A stretch of 64,000 bases of DNA, from positions 1-64,000 of IMG/VR virus record IMGVR_UViG_3300020548_000009, one strand, 5' to 3'. This DNA is from a virus. Positions within the stretch are counted from its first letter, which is position 1; each line of letters starts with the position of its first letter. Under the pieces are notes generated by a model, which made no database searches, was not told the DNA's origin, and worked only from the letters and a program-made list of their open reading frames with translations. Below are positions 25,680-34,957 of this stretch, one piece after another. Both the position numbers and the translations under genes were made by a program.

Positions 25680-26395
25680 TTGAATGCCACCCAACCAGCA
25701 AAGTTCAGGCACTGCCAGAAACGCTGCACATTGGTGAACCCAGCGTCTTTGAGCATCTGCTCGTTTTCTGAACCACGCAACGGGACGAGCACACCCTGAA
25801 GTGCCTTTCTCTTTTCCTCTATCTGTTCTTGTGTATAACCTTTATCGGCTTTGAATGTGTGATAAATGTCAACCAACAAATCCTGACAAAGCGGTGTCTC
25901 GCCAAGTATCTTCTCCACGAGAATAAACGCACCATTTAAGGACAAACCATTATGCACTTGCTGATAGAAGTTTTGGCGAATATCAAGGTGAATGAATTGC
26001 GCGGTGAGTACCGACGTGATAAGCGAGTATTCGAGGGGCCGTATCTCGATATCGCTGACATCCGCACAAACAAAACGAACGTTGTTAAAGTTCCCAAAAA
26101 GTTTAGTAGCAGCGTCAATCATGGGCTGACTGGAGTCGACACCAACAGCGGTAGCCGGAACGTCGGCAGGAAGAGCGTCAAGGATTTGGTAGATAGTTTC
26201 ACCACGGCTGCAACCAATATCCAAAAAATTTGACACGTTCGCTGAGCAGAGAATCGGCGCAGCAACTCGCACAACAGAATCGCGCATGGTCTGATACCCA
26301 GGGATTGACCTAGAAATCATGTCGTCAAATACTTTTGTTACGCCTTCATCAAAGGCCCACTTGCCAGTTGGCTTGTAGTTATCGCGCTCGCTCAT
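25676..26395 (-). CDS. cmoA: CmoA-like (carboxy-SAM synthase / SAM-dependent) protein
   Basis: WAFDEGV..VFDDM..RSIPGY, LDIGCSRG, EK, KRKAL.GVL.P, FWQCLNF. Confidence 0.75.
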   Translation of the reverse strand: MSERDNYKPTGKWAFDEGVTKVFDDMISRSIPGYQTMRDSVVRVAAPILCSANVSNFLDIGCSRGETIYQILDALPADVPATAVGVDSSQPMIDAATKLFGNFNNVRFVCADVSDIEIRPLEYSLITSVLTAQFIHLDIRQNFYQQVHNGLSLNGAFILVEKILGETPLCQDLLVDIYHTFKADKGYTQEQIEEKRKALQGVLVPLRGSENEQMLKDAGFTNVQRFWQCLNFAGWVAFK

Positions 26396-27939
26396 AACTT
26401 CATTCCCAAGCGCTTGGAAAATGCTGCCTTTGCCTCTTCTGCCATTCCGAGTCGGCGTCCTTCTGGATGCGGGACATTGAACTCAAACTCAATAGCGGCG
26501 CGCAATTCGTCTTCCCCAATTTGCCTAGCGTTAAACCCGACTGCCTGCACCAGTCCGTTCTTTGCGGTCAAGAACGTAAGAACCTGTTTATAGCCGTGAG
26601 AGATAAGAGCACCAAACTCTGTTTCGGTGTGGTACTTCTGGACCTTTGGCTTTAGCGCTATATCGGAGATGATGATGCGTGGCTCATAATCAAGGGCAAA
26701 TCCGTTGCTTGATGTGTCGTGACCCTTCTTTAAATCACCACGAGTGTGATTGAACCAGCGGTCTGACTCCGTGCAGATTGCGGCTGTATGGAGTTTTGTA
26801 TGCGGCGAAGATAGGGCGGCAACGATTGCGATGACGTGTTTACGGTCCTGGAGAAACGGAATGCTATTGAATACCGAGGCAATGAAGATGCTGTCCCATT
26901 CCGTACCGTCAGCCACGCGTTCTAGGAATTTTGCTGTTAGTTCGCGCGCTGCGTCGGTATCAATAGTTTCGTTATCTTTTGCAAGGAAGAATGGCTCAAA
27001 TGCAACCGCATCCACTCCCATGTTCTTGAGAATCTCTGTTTTATCGCAAAGGCCTGCACCGAAGTCGATGACATGATTGCCGTAGTAGTCCTTCCACAAC
27101 TCAACGTGACGTGGATTGTTTAGGTCAAATGCGCCGTTGCGATTGCCGGAGTTGATGAAGTGGCGGAGAAAGTCCTCCAAGAACGTCGGGGTGAGAATCT
27201 GGACTCGCTGATTCTTGCGCCGGAAAGAGTTGTAGCGCAGAAGGTCTTCGTAGCGCTCTTGAATGTTGTAGTCCATTGTGAGAAGGTTCAGCATCGCACG
27301 AACTTCTTCGGCAATTTCTGGCGCCACCTGAACCGTCTGTACGGTGTCTTCGTTTACCGATATCGCGTAGGTCAATCGAGCGAGGCCATTGAGAACCTTG
27401 TAATCAGTTGTGCAGATAACGGGCATTTGCGGGAGGCCGTTTGTCTTCAACTGGGCTGCCATTGCAACTGCGTGTTGTTCTGGCCATTTGCCGTTTAGTT
27501 GGATGAGCCTGAGCGTAGAGACTGGCTTGGTCTTCAGTACTGGATACCATTCCGGAGAATCAACAGGGATGTCCGGGAGCATCTTGATTTTCTCAAGGTC
27601 TCCAAGTTTTGTCATCAGGTCATCTTTGAGTTCTGTGGTCGAACGGGTTTTGTACATGTCGTTCGTGGCGCGGTTGTATAAAACGTTGATTCCCATGCGT
27701 CGCTCAATCTTGAACGTGGGCACCCGCACAACGGGAACCATCGTGGCTCCCATGTTCGTAGCAACCATGTGGCGCTGGTGACCACTGAGAATCTCGCCAT
27801 CTTTGTCTGCGTAGATGGGCAGCAGCCAGCCAAACTTACGCAGCGATAATTCGACAAGTTCCAGCCTCTCTGCATCCGCTTTGCGCGGGTTGTATGCAGA
27901 TGGCCTTAAGTCTGTTACTGGCGTAAGAACTGGCTTCAT
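26392..27939 (-). CDS. ParB-like N-terminal domain fused to a SAM-dependent methyltransferase domain
   Basis: LRPSAYNPR...ILSGHQR; C-terminal VIDFGAG, FEPF, DSIFIASVFNSIP. Confidence 0.75.
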   Translation of the reverse strand: MKPVLTPVTDLRPSAYNPRKADAERLELVELSLRKFGWLLPIYADKDGEILSGHQRHMVATNMGATMVPVVRVPTFKIERRMGINVLYNRATNDMYKTRSTTELKDDLMTKLGDLEKIKMLPDIPVDSPEWYPVLKTKPVSTLRLIQLNGKWPEQHAVAMAAQLKTNGLPQMPVICTTDYKVLNGLARLTYAISVNEDTVQTVQVAPEIAEEVRAMLNLLTMDYNIQERYEDLLRYNSFRRKNQRVQILTPTFLEDFLRHFINSGNRNGAFDLNNPRHVELWKDYYGNHVIDFGAGLCDKTEILKNMGVDAVAFEPFFLAKDNETIDTDAARELTAKFLERVADGTEWDSIFIASVFNSIPFLQDRKHVIAIVAALSSPHTKLHTAAICTESDRWFNHTRGDLKKGHDTSSNGFALDYEPRIIISDIALKPKVQKYHTETEFGALISHGYKQVLTFLTAKNGLVQAVGFNARQIGEDELRAAIEFEFNVPHPEGRRLGMAEEAKAAFSKRLGMKL

Positions 27940-29258
27940 TATTCTCCGTTTGCTCTACGCGGGCTGACTTTCTTTGAGCGTCGCTGTCGTGTAGAAACCC
28001 ATGCATCGTTCTGAATATCAAGAAGAGAGACGATTCCTGCGCATACTTCGTCGTATGAGTATCCAAACTCAACGAACATTGCCTCTTCCCAATCCTCGTA
28101 AAAGTTCGGCGCCATCTTGAATTCCCACTTACCGATAATCGCAGTCACGTTTCTTGGCTTGTCGTTCTTTTCCTTAACCGGCTTTTCTTTGATGCCCCAA
28201 CCGGCGACCTCATGCATCAGTTCATCTAGGTCATCTCCTGTGTATCCAGTTCCGTCAAACACCGGGAGGGACTGAAGAATCTCTGCAAGTTCTACGTGGT
28301 CGTACGAGCCAAGGTCGGCAGTTTTGTTATCAACCAGGACAATCTTTGCCGCAGATTCTTCATCACAGTCAACAAATGTTGTGGCGATTTGCTTCCAGCC
28401 AAGCATCTTGGCGGCTTTCCATGTGTGATTGCCAACGAGAATCGAGTTATCTCGCTTGTTCACCACAATTGGCCTGAACTGACCGTTCTTGCTCAGAGAC
28501 TCTGCAATAAGGCCGATATCGCCCTGTCGTGCATTCATCGGGTATGGGAAAACACTGTTGATATCCACGTTCTCAGTGGACAGCATGACTGAGTGCATTT
28601 GCTGCCTGTCGATGTTGCGCTTTTGACGCTTGGGCTTTGATTTTTCCGGCGGCAAATGATTCACATCCGAAAGACGCAAACGCTTCTTGAGTTCCACAAG
28701 AACCTTGTCCTCATCTCCAACCTTTCCAATAAGGTCATCTGCCCAATCGGAATAAACATCGTCATCCACAAGAATTCTGTAACTGCCCACGCAAACGCGA
28801 ATCTCTTTGCCGACAGCGCCTGTTCTATCCCGATTCGGCGCTTCGAATTCTCCGTCACCACTAATCAGCGCCTCAAGTTGGTCGAGGTCAACTTGCTGGA
28901 ATCCAGTTCCCTCCAAGGTTGAAAGCGACTGAAGAAGGTCAAGCAATTTTGAATCGTCGTATGACGACATGTCGGATGTTCTGTTGTCTGCAAGGACAAT
29001 CTTCTGTGCACCGTAGTCGTCCACGTCCACAAACGAAGCAGAGATGTGAGTCCACCCAAGGCTTCTAGCGGCTCTCCATGTGTGGTTTCCGGCAAGAATC
29101 GTGTTATCGCGCTTGTTGACGACAATCGGCTTGTATTGTCCGTTGACCTGCAGCGATTGAGCAATAGCCTCAACATCTCCACGCCGTGGATTCTTTGGGT
29201 ATGGCTTTACGCTGGTGATTTCAACAACTTCAGTATTTACCTTGATATTGTCCGACAT
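27939..29258 (-). CDS. Protein with two tandem ParB/Srx-like domains
   Basis: Internal duplication PYP.N.R.GD...NGQ..PIVVNKRDN.IL.GNHTW.AA..LGW. Confidence 0.85.
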   Translation of the reverse strand: MSDNIKVNTEVVEITSVKPYPKNPRRGDVEAIAQSLQVNGQYKPIVVNKRDNTILAGNHTWRAARSLGWTHISASFVDVDDYGAQKIVLADNRTSDMSSYDDSKLLDLLQSLSTLEGTGFQQVDLDQLEALISGDGEFEAPNRDRTGAVGKEIRVCVGSYRILVDDDVYSDWADDLIGKVGDEDKVLVELKKRLRLSDVNHLPPEKSKPKRQKRNIDRQQMHSVMLSTENVDINSVFPYPMNARQGDIGLIAESLSKNGQFRPIVVNKRDNSILVGNHTWKAAKMLGWKQIATTFVDCDEESAAKIVLVDNKTADLGSYDHVELAEILQSLPVFDGTGYTGDDLDELMHEVAGWGIKEKPVKEKNDKPRNVTAIIGKWEFKMAPNFYEDWEEAMFVEFGYSYDEVCAGIVSLLDIQNDAWVSTRQRRSKKVSPRRANGE

Positions 29259-29281
29259 GCGGACAAGTATAGTTCAGGTAT

Positions 29282-29650
29282 TTACTTGGGAGCGGACAGC
29301 CCTGCTCGTATCTCAGCGATGATTGCAGAGATTCTTTGCCTGTCCTCTTCGGTTTCGGGCTTCTCAAGCGCCTTACGCTCTGAGTCACGACGCTCTTTTT
29401 CGAGCCAAATTCGATGTTCATGAAGGGGCGCGATTGCTTCCCTAAATTCAGCCCAAGATGGGAAGAATTTGCTGTGGTCTTCAATCTTCTTTACTGCGCG
29501 TCGCGCATCCTCAAAATGGAATATTTCCAGATTTTGTTCCCAACGACGAACCTCTTCTACTACAAGATTCTTTGAAGGAAAACAAATGTTGAGTTCCGCG
29601 ATAATTGCGTCTGCTTGGTCAGGTGTCATTTTGTGTAACTGTTTCTCCAT
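29282..29650 (-). CDS. Replicative helicase loader/inhibitor (G39P-like)
   Basis: W...L.......AV......SKFFPS.AE pattern, downstream of the initiator. Confidence 0.6.
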   Translation of the reverse strand: MEKQLHKMTPDQADAIIAELNICFPSKNLVVEEVRRWEQNLEIFHFEDARRAVKKIEDHSKFFPSWAEFREAIAPLHEHRIWLEKERRDSERKALEKPETEEDRQRISAIIAEIRAGLSAPK

Positions 29651-29919
29651 TGGCTTGGCGAATGAGCATCCTCAACCGCCTTTTTGTGGGTGTCATCTTG
29701 GTAGAGGCGAATCATATGCATGCATGGGTCATTGGATTCAAACTCCTCAATTTCGTCTTCCGACATTGGCAGTCCATCGTGGGTATAGCAGACCGGAGGA
29801 CCGCACCAACCGCGGCTGATACCAAAGGCCATCCAATCGTCAAACGATGTTTCGCCAGGGATTGGATTTCTACCAACTCCTAGGTAATTCTTTTCGGGGT
29901 CATAAAATGACTCAGACAT
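29626..29919 (-). CDS. Conserved hypothetical protein (GWCGPPVCYTHDG)
   Basis: ORF in operon. Confidence 0.65.
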   Translation of the reverse strand: MSESFYDPEKNYLGVGRNPIPGETSFDDWMAFGISRGWCGPPVCYTHDGLPMSEDEIEEFESNDPCMHMIRLYQDDTHKKAVEDAHSPSQWRNSYTK

Positions 29920-30580
29920 TCAACTCACCTTTCACTGTTACTGTTTCGGACAGGCGTTGCTCGCGCGCAGCCTTGATTGCGTTCCAGCCTTTAGGTACGA
30001 CTCCATTGAGGCCGTTCATTGGCTGATTTGCTGGGTCACACTCTGACCAGCGATTCACAAGCGCAGACGGTGTCATCGTTGCGTTTGGAAACTTTTGTCT
30101 ATAAATAGCGGCTCTTGCCTGAATGTCTTCAGGCGTAGCCTCGCACTCATTGAGCACTCGTACCATTCGCCCATAGCGAGATGCCTCAGAAGAGTTCACT
30201 TTGTCTGGGTTTACGTTGCAGACAACCAAGAGCGTGTCCCAAATTGGGTTTCTTTCGCGCTTGGAAACTGCCTTTTTCTTCTGTGGGGCAACAACCTCAA
30301 CTTCCGTAGAGATGGAAGCCTTTTTGTGAGTCACAATTTTGTAGAGGCTTGAGGTTCCATGACGCTTTACTACTTCAAGTTCGCCAAGGGCCACCAAGTC
30401 CTGCAAACGGCGCTTCACCGTTCGCTCAGACACATTTGCGCGCCTAGCAATAACGCTGATGCGCGGAAAAGCATCCTCACCTTCGCTATTGCAATGGTCT
30501 GCAATAACCAAAAGGATTAGGCGCTCAATGCCTTGAGCCTTTGAGTTCTCAAAGACCCAGTCCATGATTTTAATTGACAT
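29912..30580 (-). CDS. Replication initiator with N-terminal HTH_36
   Basis: MSIKIMDWV...LILLVIADHC...FP.I..IA....VSERTV.R.L..L. Confidence 0.75.
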   Translation of the reverse strand: MSIKIMDWVFENSKAQGIERLILLVIADHCNSEGEDAFPRISVIARRANVSERTVKRRLQDLVALGELEVVKRHGTSSLYKIVTHKKASISTEVEVVAPQKKKAVSKRERNPIWDTLLVVCNVNPDKVNSSEASRYGRMVRVLNECEATPEDIQARAAIYRQKFPNATMTPSALVNRWSECDPANQPMNGLNGVVPKGWNAIKAAREQRLSETVTVKGELNV

Positions 30581-30745
30581 TCTTCCTCGCTGATTCTGTT
30601 GCTATCCGAACTAATGACTGCGCAATGACCTCTCGACTGTACCGGAGTGCGGAAGCAATACCGTGTATTGAGGGCGTCTTTTTTGCTTTGCGCAAGTACT
30701 GAAAAACCGTTATATCCACAATATCTGGATTGTCGCGTGTAGGAA

Positions 30746-31288
30746 TCATTGTTTCTTCCTAATCGAAACCCGCTCACTCTTTTCTACTTCACAAAAATCG
30801 TCTGGGTTGAGGCCCGGAATCATTGCCCGCAAGGCAGTGACACGCCAGTCGGCGACTCGCGCCGCCTTCGTTACGTGGTCAACGACAGTGTCAATAAGTG
30901 GCTTTGCCACCGTTGATAGGTCGATTACTTCGCCAGTGGCTGGGTCAACGACAATTGATGATTCCTCAGCAAGAGCCTTGTTTACTACAGCCTCAAGAAG
31001 AACCTGATGGTCCCAATTCTTTCTGGTTGAAGCAATTTTTCGCTCAGCGGTGTAACTGCCACGCTCAAGGAACTTATCGCCGTTCATCCTCATGTGCTCG
31101 GTAAGAAGAGCATTAAGTTTGCCTTCCACATCACGAACAATGTGCTTTAGTTCGCCAATGTGGACGAGCGTGTCAAACACCTCGTCCTGATTGATTTCTT
31201 CTGCTCCACGCTCAATTCTGGCAATTGTCTTGCCAAGCGAGTCAGAAAGTGTTTCTGATACTGAATCAATTACTTCGTGCATTTGCAT
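30746..31288 (-). CDS. Hypothetical replication-module protein
   Basis: ORF in operon; contains DPATGE. Confidence 0.65.
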   Translation of the reverse strand: MQMHEVIDSVSETLSDSLGKTIARIERGAEEINQDEVFDTLVHIGELKHIVRDVEGKLNALLTEHMRMNGDKFLERGSYTAERKIASTRKNWDHQVLLEAVVNKALAEESSIVVDPATGEVIDLSTVAKPLIDTVVDHVTKAARVADWRVTALRAMIPGLNPDDFCEVEKSERVSIRKKQ

Positions 31289-31289
31289 T

Positions 31290-31637
31290 TCACTCTCTCC
31301 AAACGTTGATTTTTAAACCTGGTTGATTGACATTTGTGCTTGATACGACAATGGAATGGACGGATGCATTCCATTTTTCTCCAGCATCAAGTTTTGGCGC
31401 CATGATTAACGCAATAAGTCGTGGCAAATGGCCAATCGTGCCATTTGCTGTGTCCACGCGAATTGAGTTTTCGTCGTGCTCGTTGTCGGGCTCACGCACC
31501 AAGGAGCACGGAGCATTCATGACTGCCGTATCTTTGGCAAGTGCATAAATGTTTTCCGGATAGTCCTTGGAGAACGATACCCCTACAACTTTGGTGACGA
31601 ATTGTTCTGGCATTGTTCCGTCGATGTACGACGTCAT
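31290..31637 (-). CDS. HIRAN domain protein
   Basis: KVVGVSF, LVREPDNEHDENSIRV, IGHLPR. Confidence 0.85.
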   Translation of the reverse strand: MTSYIDGTMPEQFVTKVVGVSFSKDYPENIYALAKDTAVMNAPCSLVREPDNEHDENSIRVDTANGTIGHLPRLIALIMAPKLDAGEKWNASVHSIVVSSTNVNQPGLKINVWRE

Positions 31638-32482
31638 TCAGTTTCCGAAGCAGCCTCGAATACCTGAACCATCTTGTCGTACTCTTGCTCGCTCAACTCA
31701 GCAGGCCAAGTTGTTGGGTCACCAAGTTGCTCGCGAACAATTTCCTGAATCCGAGGCGAGGAAAAATCAAACATTGACTTAACAGCCATGACGTCAATCT
31801 TTCCGTCATCATCTTTCTTGTTTGCACGGATGCCTTCAAGTGTGATGATGAGGGTGTTCAATTCGGCTTTCTGCATGGGCCAAGCGCGATTGTTGAGTTT
31901 TTCATGCGCGTCACGCAGTGTCTCAAGGTCATCTGGGGAAAGGTCTGAGCAAGACTGCTTGAACAATCGGTGCGCCTCTTCGCGCTCAGTGTCTGAGCGC
32001 CAATCCATAAGCGGCTTTACTGGCTGTTCTTTTGACTCAATCGGGAGTTGTGGCTGTGTCAGCGCAACGCCAGCGACAACGGATTTGGTCTCAGTCTGTG
32101 GCGCTTGCTTTGGCGGTGTGGGAGTTGCACTTCCAGTTGCTTCGCGAAAACGCATCCACACCTTGAGGTCGTTCATGTTGTCTGGGTAGCCAGCCTTCTT
32201 TAGTGCTCGCCCCATTGCCTTTGAGCAAAGGACGTTCCACGAATCGGTATCGCGACCTTTAGCGTCAGAAAGGGTCTTGTAGCCAATCATTTGGCGCTCG
32301 TCACCAGAGAAGCGAGTGATGGTCGCAATACATACCTTCTCGTCTTTCTTGGAAAACGATGAGGGGATTCCGGCTTCGCCAGCGGTCCCTTCCGAGAATT
32401 CGACAGTGGCATCAGGCCAATCTGCCTTGAACATTGCCCACCTCAGTGAAGTGGAGATGTAATCGTCAAAGTTTATGGGCAT
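31634..32482 (-). CDS. Putative single-strand annealing protein (Sak/Rad52-like)
   Basis: FDDY...R...F...P, S.A.GRAL...GY; first gene after the promoter at 32522-32551. Confidence 0.5.
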   Translation of the reverse strand: MPINFDDYISTSLRWAMFKADWPDATVEFSEGTAGEAGIPSSFSKKDEKVCIATITRFSGDERQMIGYKTLSDAKGRDTDSWNVLCSKAMGRALKKAGYPDNMNDLKVWMRFREATGSATPTPPKQAPQTETKSVVAGVALTQPQLPIESKEQPVKPLMDWRSDTEREEAHRLFKQSCSDLSPDDLETLRDAHEKLNNRAWPMQKAELNTLIITLEGIRANKKDDDGKIDVMAVKSMFDFSSPRIQEIVREQLGDPTTWPAELSEQEYDKMVQVFEAASETE

Positions 32483-32539
32483 ACGCCCTCCTAACTTGTT
32501 TGTGGTTTATTCGGTTGCGAACACTATACAGGGGGTGTT

Positions 32540-32710
32540 CTAGTTTTGCAACTCTCCGCCATCGGTAATCGAATTTTGCTGATTTTGCTCCTGAAATGCA
32601 GCAATTGTGGCCTTGAGGATTGCATTTTCCCGAACCAAGTTTGCTATCTGCATGGTGAGTTCGCCGATAACACGATTCACATCTGGGGCAATCTGACTTG
32701 AAGGGCTCAT
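32540..32710 (-). CDS. 56-aa coiled-coil protein
   Basis: Translated by hand: MSPSSQIAPDVNRVIGELTMQIANLVRENAILKA... Confidence 0.55.
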   Translation of the reverse strand: MSPSSQIAPDVNRVIGELTMQIANLVRENAILKATIAAFQEQNQQNSITDGGELQN

Positions 32711-32713
32711 GAT

Positions 32714-34069
32714 TTATTCTCCGTAGGCTTTCTTGTTTTTATAACTGTACCAAGTAACCGCAGTATGCCTATTCCCAAACAAAACTGGATTGACCCTGTG
32801 GACAAAAGGAAACGATGATGAAAAAAGGACTATTTTTCCTGCTTTTGGTTCGACAACCAAATTGTGATTTTCAAATACCAGTTCCCCACCAGAAAAATCA
32901 TCGTTCAGGAACATAATAACTGATATCACTCTTGGAAATTCAGCACAATCATCTGTGTGGTTATGAAACTTATCGCTTCGTTCATACCTCAAAAGAGACC
33001 AGGTATGAGACTCTAAATCCAAGATATTATACATTTTTGCAAAGTCTTTTACTATCGGCTCCACTCCTGCCTGAAGGCTTGAATATAAGCGGTTTGCCGG
33101 GTCGTGAGGATGGCACTCTTCCGCAGAACTGTTTAAGAAATTTACATAGCAGCGCCTTGCGTTATAGTCGACAGTCGGTTTCCTGTCCGGACTCAAAACC
33201 TCAGCGCGCTTCCAAAATCTAAAACAAACATTTCTAGTGAGTCCGTCAAGAGTGAGCGATGCTTCTCGTGGAACCATGTACTCGACAATTCCTGGAGCAA
33301 GAACCTTTTTTGACAATATTGGCAATTCGGTTATCTCCACCTCGTCATCAGTAAACTTGCTAAACATTTCCGTGTATGTTCCCAAAACATTTGAGTAGTC
33401 GTGGCACGGGCAAACTGGCTGTTCAACTGGACAATCTGGAAGTGGTATGTATCTGTTTTTATTAAAATATCGAATGTCTCCATCTCTTCCATATTTTTGC
33501 ACGCCGTTTTTTTCAGTTTGAATCCAGTGGCTTGGCTGAGTGAAATGCATGAACAAAACAACAGTGCTCAATGAGTCATCCGTGGTTGGATACGGTGGCC
33601 GTGCGTGCATGTGCTGTTGACCAGCGAAAATGATTGCGCTGTTCGCTTCTTGCTTGTAGTCAACCCTCTCAACACGAAGGTCCCAATTAGCAGTGTTTTC
33701 AATTGTTAAATCTATTGTTGTCTGGGTGCCATTCTGGTCATAGTGTTCCCAAAGAGATGGTGTGCAGCCATTTTGAATTTGATATCTAGAAACAAAGAAA
33801 TATGCCTTCTCTAATGTGTCGTCATTAAAGATTTCTCTTGCCATTTTTAGACAGTATTCCTCAATGTCTGGGTCTAGGGATATTGACGATTCCCATCTAC
33901 CTATCATCGTGTGATATTGCTTGTTGCCACTTGGGCCAAGTTTTAAATCATCTACAGATTTTTTTACTCTTTTAAATAATTCTTCTGGCAGAAAATTATT
34001 GATTAATTGTGGCTCATCAACCAGCGGCGTTGGCAAATCAAACTTAATTACGCCGTCACGCCTTGGCAT
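32714..34069 (-). CDS. Two-domain 2OG-Fe(II) oxygenase (C-terminal P4H-like)
   Basis: HYD...HARP in domain 1; HTD..R.IS..FLNDDFSGGEL...F.H.V.PV..G.R in domain 2. Confidence 0.8.
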   Translation of the reverse strand: MPRRDGVIKFDLPTPLVDEPQLINNFLPEELFKRVKKSVDDLKLGPSGNKQYHTMIGRWESSISLDPDIEEYCLKMAREIFNDDTLEKAYFFVSRYQIQNGCTPSLWEHYDQNGTQTTIDLTIENTANWDLRVERVDYKQEANSAIIFAGQQHMHARPPYPTTDDSLSTVVLFMHFTQPSHWIQTEKNGVQKYGRDGDIRYFNKNRYIPLPDCPVEQPVCPCHDYSNVLGTYTEMFSKFTDDEVEITELPILSKKVLAPGIVEYMVPREASLTLDGLTRNVCFRFWKRAEVLSPDRKPTVDYNARRCYVNFLNSSAEECHPHDPANRLYSSLQAGVEPIVKDFAKMYNILDLESHTWSLLRYERSDKFHNHTDDCAEFPRVISVIMFLNDDFSGGELVFENHNLVVEPKAGKIVLFSSSFPFVHRVNPVLFGNRHTAVTWYSYKNKKAYGE

Positions 34070-34072
34070 AAA

Positions 34073-34330
34073 TCACCACTTATTGAGTGGACAAACAGCA
34101 TGGCCAAGCCTTGCCTTAAGCGGCATTATGCATCCACACTCGCGACATTGGCTTGTTTTGCTAATAAATGAATCGCAACCCTTGCAAATTTCAAGCCTTG
34201 CAGCAACTACATCGTCTGGGACGTGCATTCCAGGATTCAATAGATGCCATGGCCGCGCCTGACCTTGAGCAGCAAGTTTTTTCTTAAACTTATCCCAGTT
34301 TGTTTCAGGTTGGTTCTGTGAAGTTTCCAT
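34073..34330 (-). CDS. Cys-rich small protein (DUF6171-like)
   Basis: RLEICKGC...CRECGC...K......CPLNKW. Confidence 0.65.
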   Translation of the reverse strand: METSQNQPETNWDKFKKKLAAQGQARPWHLLNPGMHVPDDVVAARLEICKGCDSFISKTSQCRECGCIMPLKARLGHAVCPLNKW

Positions 34331-34945
34331 TTGAGTATCCCCATCCAGCCATAACCGCGTAGTTGTCAGCCTCTATCCTTGCAAGTGTAGCCCCACTTGT
34401 TAGCGCGGCAGCAAGAAGTTCACTTGAGATATGTAATACGTATTGAGTATTGCCTTCTTTTTGAATTTCTATTACTGCGTGTCCTTCTTGAACATTGTGA
34501 TTGCCAGATTCAGTTACGTCAACAATGTTGCCACCGTTTAGGGCTTCCCAAATTGGCGGGTAGGTTGGGAATGTTGCCACTACCTGATTGCCCATTATCA
34601 CCGCAACTGCGACACCCAAAGAAGAGCCCTTTTCCAAGCCGCGTTGCTCGGAGGGAATCCACCTATACCCACACTCGACCCCATCGTAAAAAAGCCCAGA
34701 TGTTTCTGTAATCATTTCATCCTCACAATTTCGTTAGTAAATGCTTATTCTTCTGGAGCGTGAAAAGAAGTCCCATCGTATGTCCACCCAGGCAAAACCT
34801 CTGGTGAATCAGTAACTTCGACAACTGTTGGATTACTAGAAAGTCCAGCGGCCCACATAGGCGCTTTTGAATCATAATCATCCTGCATTACAAGTTGCAT
34901 AAATACATCGCCTTGAGCGATAAATACGAAACGACGGCGTGCCAT
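34305..34945 (-). CDS. Two small tail-operon proteins (34305-34715, 34745-34945)
   Basis: Both end in similar LAAAL/WAAGL...GW.Y.G..F motifs. Confidence 0.6.
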
Positions 34946-34957
34946 AGTTGTTAAATC

